A DNA stretch of 62,914 nt, filler included, from Parasitella parasitica NRRL 2501 (taxonomy: Eukaryota; Fungi; Mucoromycota), in NCBI GenBank assembly GCA_025201805.1. It is 8 parts of 8 records of this genome, joined end to end, with 100 filler letters (N's around TTAATTAATTAA, not from the genome) between each part and the next. Parts side by side here need not be neighbours in the genome. Positions count along the whole stretch, not along the records: positions 28,690 to 58,723 come from MU619332.1; positions 58,824 to 60,369 come from MU619376.1; positions 60,470 to 62,914 come from MU619452.1; 5 more parts are not named here. One strand, 5' to 3'. Below, piece after piece: positions 51,676 through 62,914 of this stretch (positions are counted from its first letter, which is position 1; every line of letters begins with the position of its first letter). The notes under the pieces were generated by a model that made no database searches, was not told the DNA's origin, and saw only the letters and a program-made list of their open reading frames with translations. A program made the position numbers and the translations under genes.

Positions 51676-51962
51676 CGCAAGTTTAGGGGGGGATACGTGA
51701 TACATGCGTATTTTTTGTGCTGTCAACTTACGATATACTATTTCTCAAAAAGGCAACTCATTTTCACGTGATGTTTATGAAGAGTCAAGTAATACGTATT
51801 TTTTAAATGGTGTTTGAATGCATGTTTATTCTGGAGTCTCAAGTGTTCTGAGGTGAAGGTCAATCTAAATTTAGCCTCTTATTTTGGATTATGTAATTGT
51901 TGCCGATGGCTAAATGTTGAAGTTCATGGTTACATTTTGATCTGGGGCATTTATTTTTACTT

Positions 51963-52192
51963 TGAACTTCAACATTTAGCCATCGGCAACAATTACATAA
52001 TCCAAAATAAGAGGCTAAATTTAGATTGACCTTCACCTCAGAACACTTGAGACTCCAGAATAAACATGCATTCAAACACCATTTAAAAAATACGTATTAC
52101 TTGACTCTTCATAAACATCACGTGAAAATGAGTTGCCTTTTTGAGAAATAGTATATCGTAAGTTGACAGCACAAAAAAATACGCATGTATCA
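51963..52192 (-). repeat. Inverted partial LTR of element 1 (palindrome arm)
   Basis: Reverse complement of the first about 230 bp of the LTR. Confidence 0.9.
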
Positions 52193-52202
52193 AAAAATAA
52201 AT

Positions 52203-52285
52203 GGAAAGATGGCCGAGTTGGTCTAAGGCGTCACGTTAAGGTCGTGATCTCTTCGGAGGCGTGGGTTCAAATCCCACTCTTTTCA
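52203..52285 (+). tRNA. tRNA-Leu(AAG)
   Basis: Identical to 45231-45313, with a different 3' flank carrying a T-run terminator. Confidence 0.93.
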
Positions 52286-52349
52286 TTTCTTTTTTAAGCT
52301 TGTTATTTGCGGAGACAGTTTTTATTTTACGTTTCTGTTGTTGTCAGTT

Positions 52350-55300
52350 TGTCGTACATTAGTTTTGACACTCAACTTAAAACAATATAAATAGTAGATC
52401 TTATGTCAAATTGAATAAACCTTATCTTTTTACTGATACATATATTTGCCTTATTGAATTTACAATTATCACGACAATTGGTAGCATCTGGTTCAGATCT
52501 CAATAGCCACATCATTCAAAGCATTTTCCTTAATTGATGAACGACAGCAAAACAACTGAAATATACATTTGGCTCAAATCTGTTGAATACATACTAAACA
52601 ACAAACTTCCATCAGACAAGCACTATCAGTTCAAAGAATTTCACAACAACATCTTTAAAAATAAACCAATTTCATATTCTGAATTCACTGTAGCAAAATA
52701 CATCAAGAATATAAGCCAACTGCCCCAAATCAACGAATCAATCTTACACAACAACGTCAACCTCATTCTAACGGCTTACCAGCAATATCAACAACAAAAA
52801 ACAATGAACAGTGATGATGATATTTCGAAAGCTGACATACTAGCTTTATTACAATCTTTGCTACAGCAATCTTCTTCTCAAGCCCCTACCAACTCTGGTC
52901 CTCTAATCAGAGTTGCTGAACCTTCAAAATTTTCTGGGCAACGAGATATTGCCACCATCGACGCTTGGTTACTTTCCATGGAAAGATACATGACTCATTA
53001 CAAGATTGACCCTAGTAATTGGGTGTCAAATGCAATTCATTTTTTGGATGGCCGTTGTTTAGGATGTAAAGGCTAAGCGAGGTGGGTTGTTGAGTTGATG
53101 TTGTGCCTGAGATCCAACTTGGGTATTCTCACAATTATGCAAAAGTATTATACCATGGTTACACTCATTAGAAATCCTTTATACCACAAGGCGATTATAC
53201 TCTTTCTCAAGACCACTATCCTTCCTGTCTCCTTCTGGTAATAACTAGTTTACGATTAATCGTAATAGCAGCACATGGCTAGTAATTGGTTCTATCTGGT
53301 GCAAGTTTATTAAGCCTCGATTCCACAAGCATGCAACCGATGTCAGCACTCGAAAAGTATAAATAGTCTAGGCAAATGTTGTGTAGAGAGGGATCATCTT
53401 ATTTTTTTATACGAATAAATATATCCAGTTTTAATTGTATATCTATTTCGTATATTAAAACAGCCGTGCCATCATATGGTGGAATAGATTACAAGTTGCT
53501 GACAAATGCCCCAACAACTGGGCTAGCTTCAAACACAAATTGAATTCAGAATTCAAACCATTGTTTGCGCAATTGACAGCCCGTGATCGGTTTGCTAATC
53601 TCAAGCAGGGCAATAAATCGGTCCAGGAATATGTCCATGCTATGCAAGATATCTTGCTGGAAGCAACTGATATCGCCCAGCCTGAGGCTATCGATCATTT
53701 TGTTCGACATTTAAAGCCTCAGCTCTTTGCCAAGGTGAGAAGCTCTCAACCCTCCACATTAGACGCGGCATACAAAGCTGCTTTTGATGAGGAAATTTGC
53801 CTTTTACCTTCTGGTGTTGCTGTCTCGTCTGGCTTCTCTCCTGTCTCTGTGTCTGCTCCGTCTGCCTTTGTGGATGATCCTATGGATCTCTCTGTTATAT
53901 CTCAAAACTTGTTCTGTGAATGGTGCAAGAGAAAAGGGCATACCATGGATATTTGTCGCACTAAAGCTTATGCCATTCGTCAATTTGAAAAACAACATTT
54001 GCAACAACAGACCAACAAACCAAAGTTCCACAATGGTTACAAGAAAAATAACAATTGGAGACAGAGTAGAAACAAATTTGCCAACAATGACCGCAATAAT
54101 AATACGCAATTATTGAACATGCTTTTGGAAAAAATGAATCTCACATCTGCTTCTATTGATGATAATAAAAATGATCTTGTTGATTTATCTTCTGATCATG
54201 AGGAAGATAATCGCTCATCTTATGTTTCTACTGTCCCTTATGATTCTTCAATTGTGTCCTCTGATGTCAAACTCGTGAATAACATCTCCAATAATCTATC
54301 GGCTAAATTACCCCTATTTTCTGCTATGGTTGGAGGATCTCATTTCAAGATAATGATTGACAGTGGTGCTAGCGCCAACTATGTTCATCCTAAATTAATA
54401 CACTATGCAAAAACAAAAGCGAATATCAAGAACCAAGCGGTAGAAACTGCTAATGGACAGCAAGCGTGTATTACACAAATAATCAATTTTGATATCTACC
54501 TTGGTGAGGATTACGAATTCAAAAACAATGTGAACGCGTTTGTCTTTGAATCCAAATTTGACATTATTTTGGGCAATGCATGGTTGAAACAGATCAAGCC
54601 TTCTCCTGACTGGTTCTCGGATACTTGGACTCTAACTCACCGAAATGGGATTGATATCACTATATTGAAGCCGTTGAAAGAGAAACGGGTATCCAAATTA
54701 TCTACTGATATAGACTCTACTAACCAATCTTTGTCAAACAATAATACAGCCAATCCTCACAATAATGAGGTTTTAAACAATGCTACGACGTCTCTATCCT
54801 CGACATTTTTTGATATCAAGAATGCATATGATCCTGATGAGTCGCAAGATGCACTGTTACCGCCTAATATCCCAACGGATGATTACTTGCTTTCATCAAA
54901 TCAATTAGCCCGTCTACTTTAAGAAAAACCAAATCTCGGAATGCTTTGTCATCAATTTCATGAGTCAAGACTCTGACAATACTCTGATCACACCAATATA
55001 TCCGCCAACCTTTCAACATAGTCATCAATTCAACCATTTAGAAATTTCAAAAGGCAATGTAGGCGAGCATTGGAACTAAAGGAACTGCGTCGCCAGCTCA
55101 ACGATTTAGAGAAGAAAGGTTTGATTGTGCCTACTGCTTCTCCATGGGGTGCTCCTATTCTCTTTGTTCGAAAGACTAACTCAAAAGAACTGCGCATGGT
55201 TTGTGATTTTCGTGCTTTGAACCGTATCACCATATCGCAGAAGATTCCAATTCCTCGAATTGATGAATGTTTGGATCTTCTTCATAAAGCCACCCATTTT

Positions 55301-56260
55301 TCCCAAATTGACTTGACTGGAGCATTCAACCAAACCAGATTATCGGATTCAGATTCTTTCCGGGCCACGATATCGCATCGGTTCGGACAACACAGATGGC
55401 TGGTTACCCCTTTCGGACTCCGAAATTCAGGCCCTTATTTTCAATCTCAAATGAATTTCGTACTCCGCGATTGCACTGATTTTTCTGTCTGTTATCTTGA
55501 TGACATTTTAATATTCAGCAAAAGCGAAGAGGAACATAAGGAACATGTCAAAACTGTATTAGCTAAACTAGATACAGCAAAATTTGTGATTAACAAAAAC
55601 AAATCTCATTTTAATATTAAAGAGCTAACATTTTTAGGCTTTGACATCACTAAAGATGGCATATTACCATCCAAGAAGAAGGTTGCTGCTGTACAAAATT
55701 GGCCGGTCCTTACGAATGTTCAACAAGTTCGACAGTTTTGTGGTCTTGCGCAACATTACAAACGTTTTATTCCTAACTATGCTGGAATTGCATCCTGTCT
55801 GACGGATCTTACTGCTGGTTCAGGCTCCAAGACTCGACCTATTACTTGGACTACGGAATGTCAGCAAAGTTTTGAACAATTGAAGTCTCTATTATGTTCT
55901 GCTCCTGTACTGAGTACTCCTGACATGGACAAACCGTTTCGCATTGAATGTGACAGTAGTGATTTAGCAATCGGTGCTGTGCTGCTTCAACAAGATGATA
56001 ATCAACACTGGAAACCTTTAGCTTTTGAATCAAAAAAATTATCGAAAGCTGAACGCAATTACCCAGCTCAAGAACGGGAACTGTTGGTAATATTAATCGC
56101 TCTTCGCACATGGAGATGCTTTATTGATGGTAAAAATTATGTTGTTCTAACTGATCATAAACCTTTGATACATTTGCAAAAACAACAAAAAGTAACTCCA
56201 AGATTGGTACGATGGATATCTGAACTTGATCTATACAACCCAACAATTGAATATGCAATA
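52350..56260 (+). mobile_element. Ty3/Gypsy element 2 (127-bp LTR), disrupted and truncated after RNase H
   Basis: LTR 52350-52476, PBS TGGTAGCA at 52479 (iMet-like), gag PSKFSG and CEWCKRKGHTMDIC, protease IDSGA, RT SPWGAP/YLDD, RNase H CDSSDLAIG. Confidence 0.9.
53056..53462 (+). mobile_element. 407-bp solo LTR inserted in the gag of element 2
   Basis: TGTTTA...TAAAACA ends, 5-bp TSD GCCGT. Removal restores the gag frame. Confidence 0.92.
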
Positions 56261-56409
56261 AAATTGGGATCAATTTTATGTGAAAATAAAAAAAATAAAA
56301 AAATAAAGCCAGAGAAATACAATTATAGTCTTTCCACCTTTATTTTCGATTAAAAGAAAAACTGAAAAAAAGATACATGATCTTTAAGAGAGCTTGTATT
56401 TATACTACT

Positions 56410-58723
56410 TGTAAAATTGTCTCGCTACAGTGAGAATGCTTATTTTACAGCTTATTTGAAGAATGACTTTTGTTGACATTCTCTCACTTGTATTGTAGTT
56501 GAGATTTCGATATGTTGGTATTGAAATTGATACTATGGTTTTGGGCAGGATTGTCATATTTGAGGATCCTGATTATTTCTAATGCGACTGAGCTTTCCTT
56601 ATTGTGTAATAAACAAGCCATTTCTGGCATCTAGAATTATTGCAATTGTTTTNNNNNNNNNNNNNNNNNNNNNNNNNNNNNNNNNNNNNNNNNNNNNNNN
56701 NNNNNNNNNNNNNNNNNNNNNNNNNNNNNNNNNNNNNNNNNNNNNNNNNNNNNNNNNNNNNNNNNNNNNNNNNNNNNNNNNNNNNNNNNNNNNNNNNNNN
56801 NNNNNNNNNNNNNNNNNNNNNNNNNNNNNNNNNNNNNNNNNNNNNNNNNNNNNNNNNNNNNNNNNNNNTAATTGTGGTGCTATATAATAGGTGCCATTTC
56901 ATTACACTCTCCCCCGCCAAGCTTTTTGATAGGGGAAAAAGCTGATTTTTATTTGTAAAATGCTCAGAGTATTTGAGTTGTCGCGCATGCATGCAAGAAT
57001 TTTGGTGTAGTAGTATCATAATTGTTATAAGGTACAACGTTGTATTTGATTGATTAACCAACAGGATAAGTATGTTTATTGTTGAGATTTGCAATACAAA
57101 ATAAAAAAGCGGTGAAGCCAAAAAAAATTAAAAGTATAGCAATCTATTTACGCCTCTTTGGGGCTTGTGGAGTAGATGAATCACTAGTGGCACGTTTGCG
57201 GCCACGGCGACTCGGTTTTTGAGGTGTGGATTTCTTATTATTACCATTTCCTTTGTTTGGGTGTGCTTTTTGAAGCTTCTCCCAGTAAGTTTGAATAGGT
57301 ACAGGAGTTGAAAATAAATCCTCGGTAATGTACTCATTGTGGCGATCTTCATAGCCAGCCCATTTGACAAGGTATTCAATTATACCGTCTGGGCGAGTGT
57401 ACGGTGATCTCGGATTTCTTCAACTTCGAAAATTTCATTTTCGATATCAGTTTCGTCAATATTGACAAGTTTTAATTCAGATGGTGTATACTCACGATGG
57501 AGTAATTCATTTGTTTCATCCTTCAAGATGTAATTGCCTGCCTGAGTACGACGAACCACAATGTAGGGGCCAGCGTACAAGGGAGATAATTTTGATTGAC
57601 GACCTTCAGGCAGTCGAATCATTACAGCTGAATCAAAGGGAATATCTTTGATAATCATTCTGCGACCATCTAATCTTTTGTTATACTCCTCTGCTAAACG
57701 TTTTGTGCGTTCTTGAATTGCTGGAAATACAATATTACTCATATATTGTATCCTTTCATGTAATTCCTCGATGGATAATGGCTTTCGGCCATTCAGATTT
57801 AGTTTATCAGTTTCTCTACGAGTATTCACTTGTCGAGCAAACATCAAACTAAATGGAGTGCTAGCGGTTCTTGTTTTGACTTTCATGTTCATAACTAATT
57901 GACAAATAGATAGTTTATCATCCCAATTATGGGAGTCATTGCCGCACATTTTGCGCACTGTTTGAGTAGCAGTTTTAATAGCATTTTCTGCTCCACCATT
58001 AGATTGTTTGTAATAGGGTAGTGAGAAATGCTATTTGATGGACAATGTCTTCAGAAAATGTCTCATCAAATGGTTTCGAAATTCTTTGCCATTATCACTT
58101 TGGAAAATAGTCAGAGCAACACCATAATCTCCAAATATATCCATGATACATTGGGCCACAGTGCTACTATTTTTGTTTGGTAGTGCACGAAGGATTACAT
58201 AGCGTGTGCACAAATCAAGGAGCACAAGGCAATAAACATTACCCTTATCAGTAACATGAAGCGGACCAAGTAGATCAACAGCGACATGGTCAAATGCTTC
58301 AAAGCTTACAATGCTCTTGGCCGGATTAAATCCTTTTTTGCTAATATTGTGTTGAGCGCATTCACGACAAGATTTTAAAACCTCTTTAACGTCGGCAAAA
58401 ATGCTATTCCAGTGTAGGCCATGGTACGTGTGAATATGAGCAACTACGGAAGCTTCTCCAAAATGTCCTAATTCATGGGCATCTCTGATTATTTGAGCAC
58501 GTTCACTTTCTGGAGGGCATACATAATCAGTAGTTGATTGTTTGAAGGATTTATCATTCAATTTGATAGCCAACACATTTAGATCTTTGTCTTTGCTATC
58601 GAAAGTTGTTTCTTTAACAAGCTGCTTTTGATTATTAGAGGCTCGTTTTATTAAGATTAGCTTTTGCAATCTCTTAATTTGCTTGTCAGTTTCATCTGCC
58701 AACAGTTTGTCCTCCTCAATTGG
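56410..58723 (-). mobile_element. Chromovirus-type Ty3/Gypsy 3' fragment (integrase, chromodomain, PPT, 3' LTR)
   Basis: HELGHFG..CREC, VDLLGP, SDNGKEF, YAGPY, frameshifted chromodomain FEVEEIRDHR..EYLVKWAGY (stop at 57144). PPT GGCGGGGGAGAG then TGTAATG at 56906; far LTR end uncertain. Confidence 0.88.
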
Positions 58724-59465
58724 NNNNNNNNNNNNNNNNNNNNNNNNNNNNNNNNNNNNNNNNNNNNTTAATTAATTAANNNNNNNNNNNNNNNNNNNNN
58801 NNNNNNNNNNNNNNNNNNNNNNNTTTAGTTGCGTCTTAGCCAAGGGTGGCGCTCAAGCCTACGGAGACTGTTCACGATAAAAGCCAAGTTCCATACCTTA
58901 CAAAGCCCTACAGTATGGTCTTGGCGGTCATAGTGCTGTAAAAGCAGTACCAAACCGTGTTTATCCATGAAGGAAAAGGTGCTTAAAAAAAATAAAGAAT
59001 ACTTCCCTTATGTTTATCTCTTAAAAAGGGATATTAGTAATCGATATTTATAGACCTATCTAGTTGTAATTATAAAATTACCTTCAATGGCACAGTTCAA
59101 CCTAATAAAGCCACAAAAAAGGAGACTACGTCTTCAGCTTGTAGTTAATTTCAAGTTATATTTTATTTTGATTCCATAAGATAAATAATCACAGGAAGCA
59201 ATTATACCGTTGTGTGGGAGATTTGACTAGTTAACATTACTTAATTTTTTTTCTCATCACATCGTTGTTCTTTTATTTACCGTTAGTTACTTTTGAAAGC
59301 GCATCAATACCAGTTAATTTAATTTCATTCCCGTAAGTAAAGGTCTAAAAAAGAGATTAAAAGAAAAGTTTTTTTTGGGCGTTTTTGGGTTCACATGATT
59401 TTTAAAAAAATAATTTTGCCGAAAGCACCGTCACTTATTGTTGCCCTGTTGTGAAACTAGAGTTA

Positions 59466-59583
59466 CAGTCGTTCCAACGCCAAAGGGCGGTTTTTCGAGA
59501 AAAAGGGCGGCCATTTAATACAAACACGTATAATTGACCCGAACATTTTTTTGAAAAACCGCCCTTTGGCATTGGAACGGCTG
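59466..59583. mobile_element. 118-bp Tc1/mariner-type MITE
   Basis: 31-bp TIRs CAGYCGTTCCAAYGCCAAAGGGCGGTTTTTC (2 mismatches), TA on both sides. Confidence 0.85.
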
Positions 59584-59966
59584 TAACTCGGTGATCTTCT
59601 CTTTTTGGCTTTTCTCAAGCATACAATTCTATAGCACAGACACAGTTTTAGCAACAATTGACTTATATATACAGTCTATTCGGTCTATTTTCTATACATT
59701 TAACCATCCAACAAAGCGTCAAATATGTAACGGAAAATTTCCTAATAACATCGTAACACATATTTTCCCTCATTTTAAAGTCCTTCATGTTTGGATTGGT
59801 GTGGATCCATTTGCACCTGTAGAAAACCAGTCACTTAATTTTCACATCTTATTTTTATGTGTTAACTTCTTCTTCCTTTTTTAGGTTTTTGGTATTTTTT
59901 TGATTGGCTCAATTGGTGTAGAAAAAATTTTAAATGTTTGAAAAATCAAATTTATCCAATTATTAA

Positions 59967-60369
59967 CAAGTTGGGATTACCCCGATCGGCCCATTTGGGC
60001 CGACCCTTCCATAATAAATTCCTCCACAGAAATTGAAGATAACATGCTAAAAACTCTTTTTAATATTGAAATGGGTGTTCTTGTCAGCGATCTAATTGAT
60101 TTTGTTTGAAAAAAGTGAAAATTGAGCTATCAGGGATTGATTTTCCGGAGGCTGTTTTGCCCGATTTTAATCAGCCCAAATGGGCCGACTTTTCGATTAT
60201 ATATAATTTGTATAGTGTATAACAATTTATAAAAAAAAAAATTTATAGAAATATACTTAAGCTAATGTAGAATTATTCAAGAGCTGTTGGCGAGACCAAA
60301 CTTCTTGTATATGTCTGTCATGACAAGGTTTGCACATGGGCACATCTGGGTTACAAGTGCAAGATTTCT
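59967..60369 (-). mobile_element. Possible piggyBac-like transposon 3' end
   Basis: Cys/His-rich ORF end KSCTCNPDVPMCKPCHDRH..., subterminal GCCCAWWTGGGCCGAC repeats, TTAA at 59963-59966. Confidence 0.35.
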
Positions 60370-60469
60370 NNNNNNNNNNNNNNNNNNNNNNNNNNNNNNN
60401 NNNNNNNNNNNNNTTAATTAATTAANNNNNNNNNNNNNNNNNNNNNNNNNNNNNNNNNNNNNNNNNNNN

Positions 60470-60818
60470 CTCTTACAAATACTGTAATGGCAACTGAATA
60501 CTACATACTCCTAAAGCGTTTCTAATATGTATGGTTAAATCCATACTTACAAAAGCAAGCGACACTTGTTGTCAAATCTCCAAACTGTGATTATATAGAG
60601 TTATACATATTAGAAGATGTCGTCTCAAGTGAAATTAAGGGGTTTCTGAAAATCTCTGAAACTATTCTGAATAATTTGGACAGATTGTCTTTTAATTATC
60701 AACATCTTGGTAAAAAAACTAGACAGGCTTCCACACATTTTTCCTCGTCGTTTTTTATATTTCATCAAATCATTTTTCTTTATTTCCTCGACAGTCCTGA
60801 ATAATTTGGGAAAAACTG
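60470..60818 (-). mobile_element. Tc1/mariner-like terminus inserted at a TA
   Basis: TA|CAGTTTTTCCCAAATTATTCAG; the motif CTGAATAATTTGG repeats at 60667 and 60797 (IR/DR-like). Confidence 0.55.
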
Positions 60819-62139
60819 TAGATAGGTAATAATGACTCTGCCACGGAAGGACCATCACCCAATAAGTGCAGAATGATATTATAACAGGTAGCCAACAGGT
60901 ACGACAACATGCTGCTTCCCTCCTCACCTTCAAATATATCGTCTTTATACAGCATGCGTGCTATATCATGTAACTGCAACTGGTATGTGAACAAATCAGT
61001 CTGTCTGAGGCTCCATTTACTCGTCATTTCAATGCTCTCTAGATCAAACCGAATGTCGATTAAACGTTGACGTAAGGACTCTACAATAGGTTGATTATCT
61101 GCATTCAACAGATCATGACTTGCATTAAAGTTCTTTTCAAGCATGTCTACCAGCGCGCCTTGGCCTAAAAAAGGTAAAACATCTTGCTCGTCTGCATTTT
61201 TTAAAAAGATGCCAGTTTTTCCTCGCACATTATCAATCTTCAGCAGCTCTTCCTGGATCGGGTAAATGTCATGTTCATCGTAGTGCTTTTGGAATGCAAC
61301 ATTGATCAACTGGCGACGAAGTTCCAAGAGTTTCTCTCGTATAGGGATTCTATACAGGCAGGGGAAAACCCGATCAGGCAATGAATTCTGACACACAAGA
61401 TGAAAACTTACAGGGTTGGAGACATGTCACGGATCAATGAAAACAATTTGTCGTAGATACGCTCTGCAAGCGGAATAAGTAGCTTTAAAGGATTGCATTA
61501 CTGACATGTATAGAGAAAAACACTCACTACAAACTGAATAATTGTATCGAACCAATTCCAAAATAGGTGGAGGTAAAGCGCAATTCTGCTCATCTTCTGT
61601 CAAGAGGCTTTCCAGCTGCTGCAATTTTTTACCGTAAGGCTTTAGGGTATTTTCGTCGTAAATGCCAATTTGTTCCAATTGATAAAAGCAATTCTTGATG
61701 GCAAGAACCTGGCAAAAAATTGCAGGGCCTTTCATTTCATCTGCTAATTAAAAATACTGGACTTACAATCATTTTGAACTTACTTTCATGCCACTTTCCA
61801 GTTGTCATAAAGCACAGACTCATTAATTGACAAACTTTATGCAGCTCATCATCCGTTCTATTGTTGATATGATTCTCCTTGAACAAGGCACCACCTCGAA
61901 CTTGAATCAATTGTGTAATTGTGCTCTCAAAATCTTCCTGAAGAGCCAAGAGATCCTGTGGTGTCATTTTTTCTTGGTTTTTCAGTACCATAAGCCGCTG
62001 CTTAATTCTCAACAATTTATCGAAAATGGGATACTCCTCTATCTTAAATTTAGACTATGAGGAACCATTTGATGTACAAAACCTCACCGGAAATGGATAT
62101 AATTTGCTGTGGCTGCTCCTCTGGGTCTTGTCTCATCAT
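60819..62139 (-). CDS. DUF2408/UPF0662-like protein (yeast YPL260W-like), multi-exon, apparently 3'-truncated
   Basis: LMSLCFMTTGK, QLEQIGIYDENTL, IQEELLKIDNVR, GQGAL, WSLRQTDLFTYQLQL, LSYLLATCY, ESLLPIY, recognised from memory. Confidence 0.7.
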
Positions 62140-62914
62140 TATTAGTCGTTCAATGTACACAGTTTATAAGAAAAAAGGAAGGAAGGAAATTTATGCCATT
62201 GTCTGGTTAATGCACATCACCAAGCGGAGCACGGAAACTACTAGTGGTGGTATAGTATCTTATCAGAATGTTTAACCGAAGCCATCAAATAATATCTGCT
62301 GTAATACATAGCGCTTATACAGGTAACTGTAGAAATATTTGAAGGCGAAGACTCGAATCTAGTTTTATGGTCACCGGGCGTCAGGATTAAGGTTTTTATT
62401 GTTTTGCATGTAAAGCGCAAGAAAGTCATGAGTAACGCAATAAATTTGTCGATGTGCCTTGCAGGTTGCATGTAAATATTTTGTCGATGAAAATCTAAGT
62501 GTGTTTGTTGTCTCTTGCCCTTCGTCTTCTATTGTTACGATCTGAATTATATCAAGTTAGTAAAGAAGATAAAAACTCTCGCCAATATAATAGTCCTCAA
62601 ATGTAAAAAGCAAAATAAATAAGAGTTATCTAAAAAAAGTATGCTGGGAAACTCGCCTGGGAAACCAGCTTGGAGGTCTCCCATTTAAAATAATTGAAAT
62701 TCAGATTTTGACAAAATAAAGTGATATCATTGGATAAACTCTTATGTTATTTGACATGAAAGTGTACCTAATGCATTGAATACTGGTGTCTTTATACTGT
62801 TAATTGATTATTCTTGTATATATTCACTATAGTAGATTTTCTACTGAATATTTTTTATTGTCTAAGGTTATTTTTAATATCTTTTAAGCAGTTTATAAAA
62901 GAGCTTTACTAAAA

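Larger units (their letters stand above)
45675..51966 (+). mobile_element. Ty3/Gypsy LTR retrotransposon (element 1), near full length, internal assembly gap
   Basis: 5' LTR 45675-46271 (TGATA...TATCA), PBS 46274-46290, gag, pol, integrase, PPT at about 51679-51697, partial 3' LTR from 51698 nearly identical to the 5' LTR. Confidence 0.93.

Noticed and set aside
51814-52075. Two near-identical 71-aa ORFs on opposite strands
   Set aside because: By-product of the LTR palindrome.
20426-60469. Recurrent N-run/TTAATTAATTAA/N-run motif (seven occurrences)
   Set aside because: Artificial six-frame stop spacer used in scaffolding; not biological. Adjacency across these gaps is uncertain.
1-62914. 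CRISPR arrays, rRNA, prokaryotic operons
   Set aside because: No repeat-spacer arrays or rRNA seen; the sequence is eukaryotic with spliceosomal introns.

Overview
AT-rich, intron-containing fungal DNA, very probably from a Mucorales (Mucor/Parasitella/Rhizopus-like) draft scaffold; contigs are joined by N-runs carrying an artificial TTAATTAATTAA spacer. Host genes: a Zn(II)2Cys6 transcription factor, myosin V, a REX1-like DEDDh RNA exonuclease, a heme fatty-acid dioxygenase, a small C2H2 protein, RAD23, NAP1, a DUF2408-like gene, one tRNA-Thr(AGT) and three tRNA-Leu(AAG). These are interspersed with many mobile elements: L1-like LINEs, a DIRS1 element, three Ty3/Gypsy elements, solo LTRs and MITEs. 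Two highlights. (1) A 2080-bp PIF/Harbinger-type element (perfect 24-bp TIRs, TTAA flanks) carries a decayed Fanzor1 (TnpB-derived RNA-guided nuclease) with a structured omegaRNA-like 3' end. (2) Every tRNA gene is bracketed by LTRs at fixed distances: one LTR group 8-12 nt upstream pointing away from the gene, and a short-LTR group about 50-75 nt downstream. This suggests two independent tRNA-gene-targeting retrotransposon lineages. All calls come from manual reading and motif recognition; no database searches were run.
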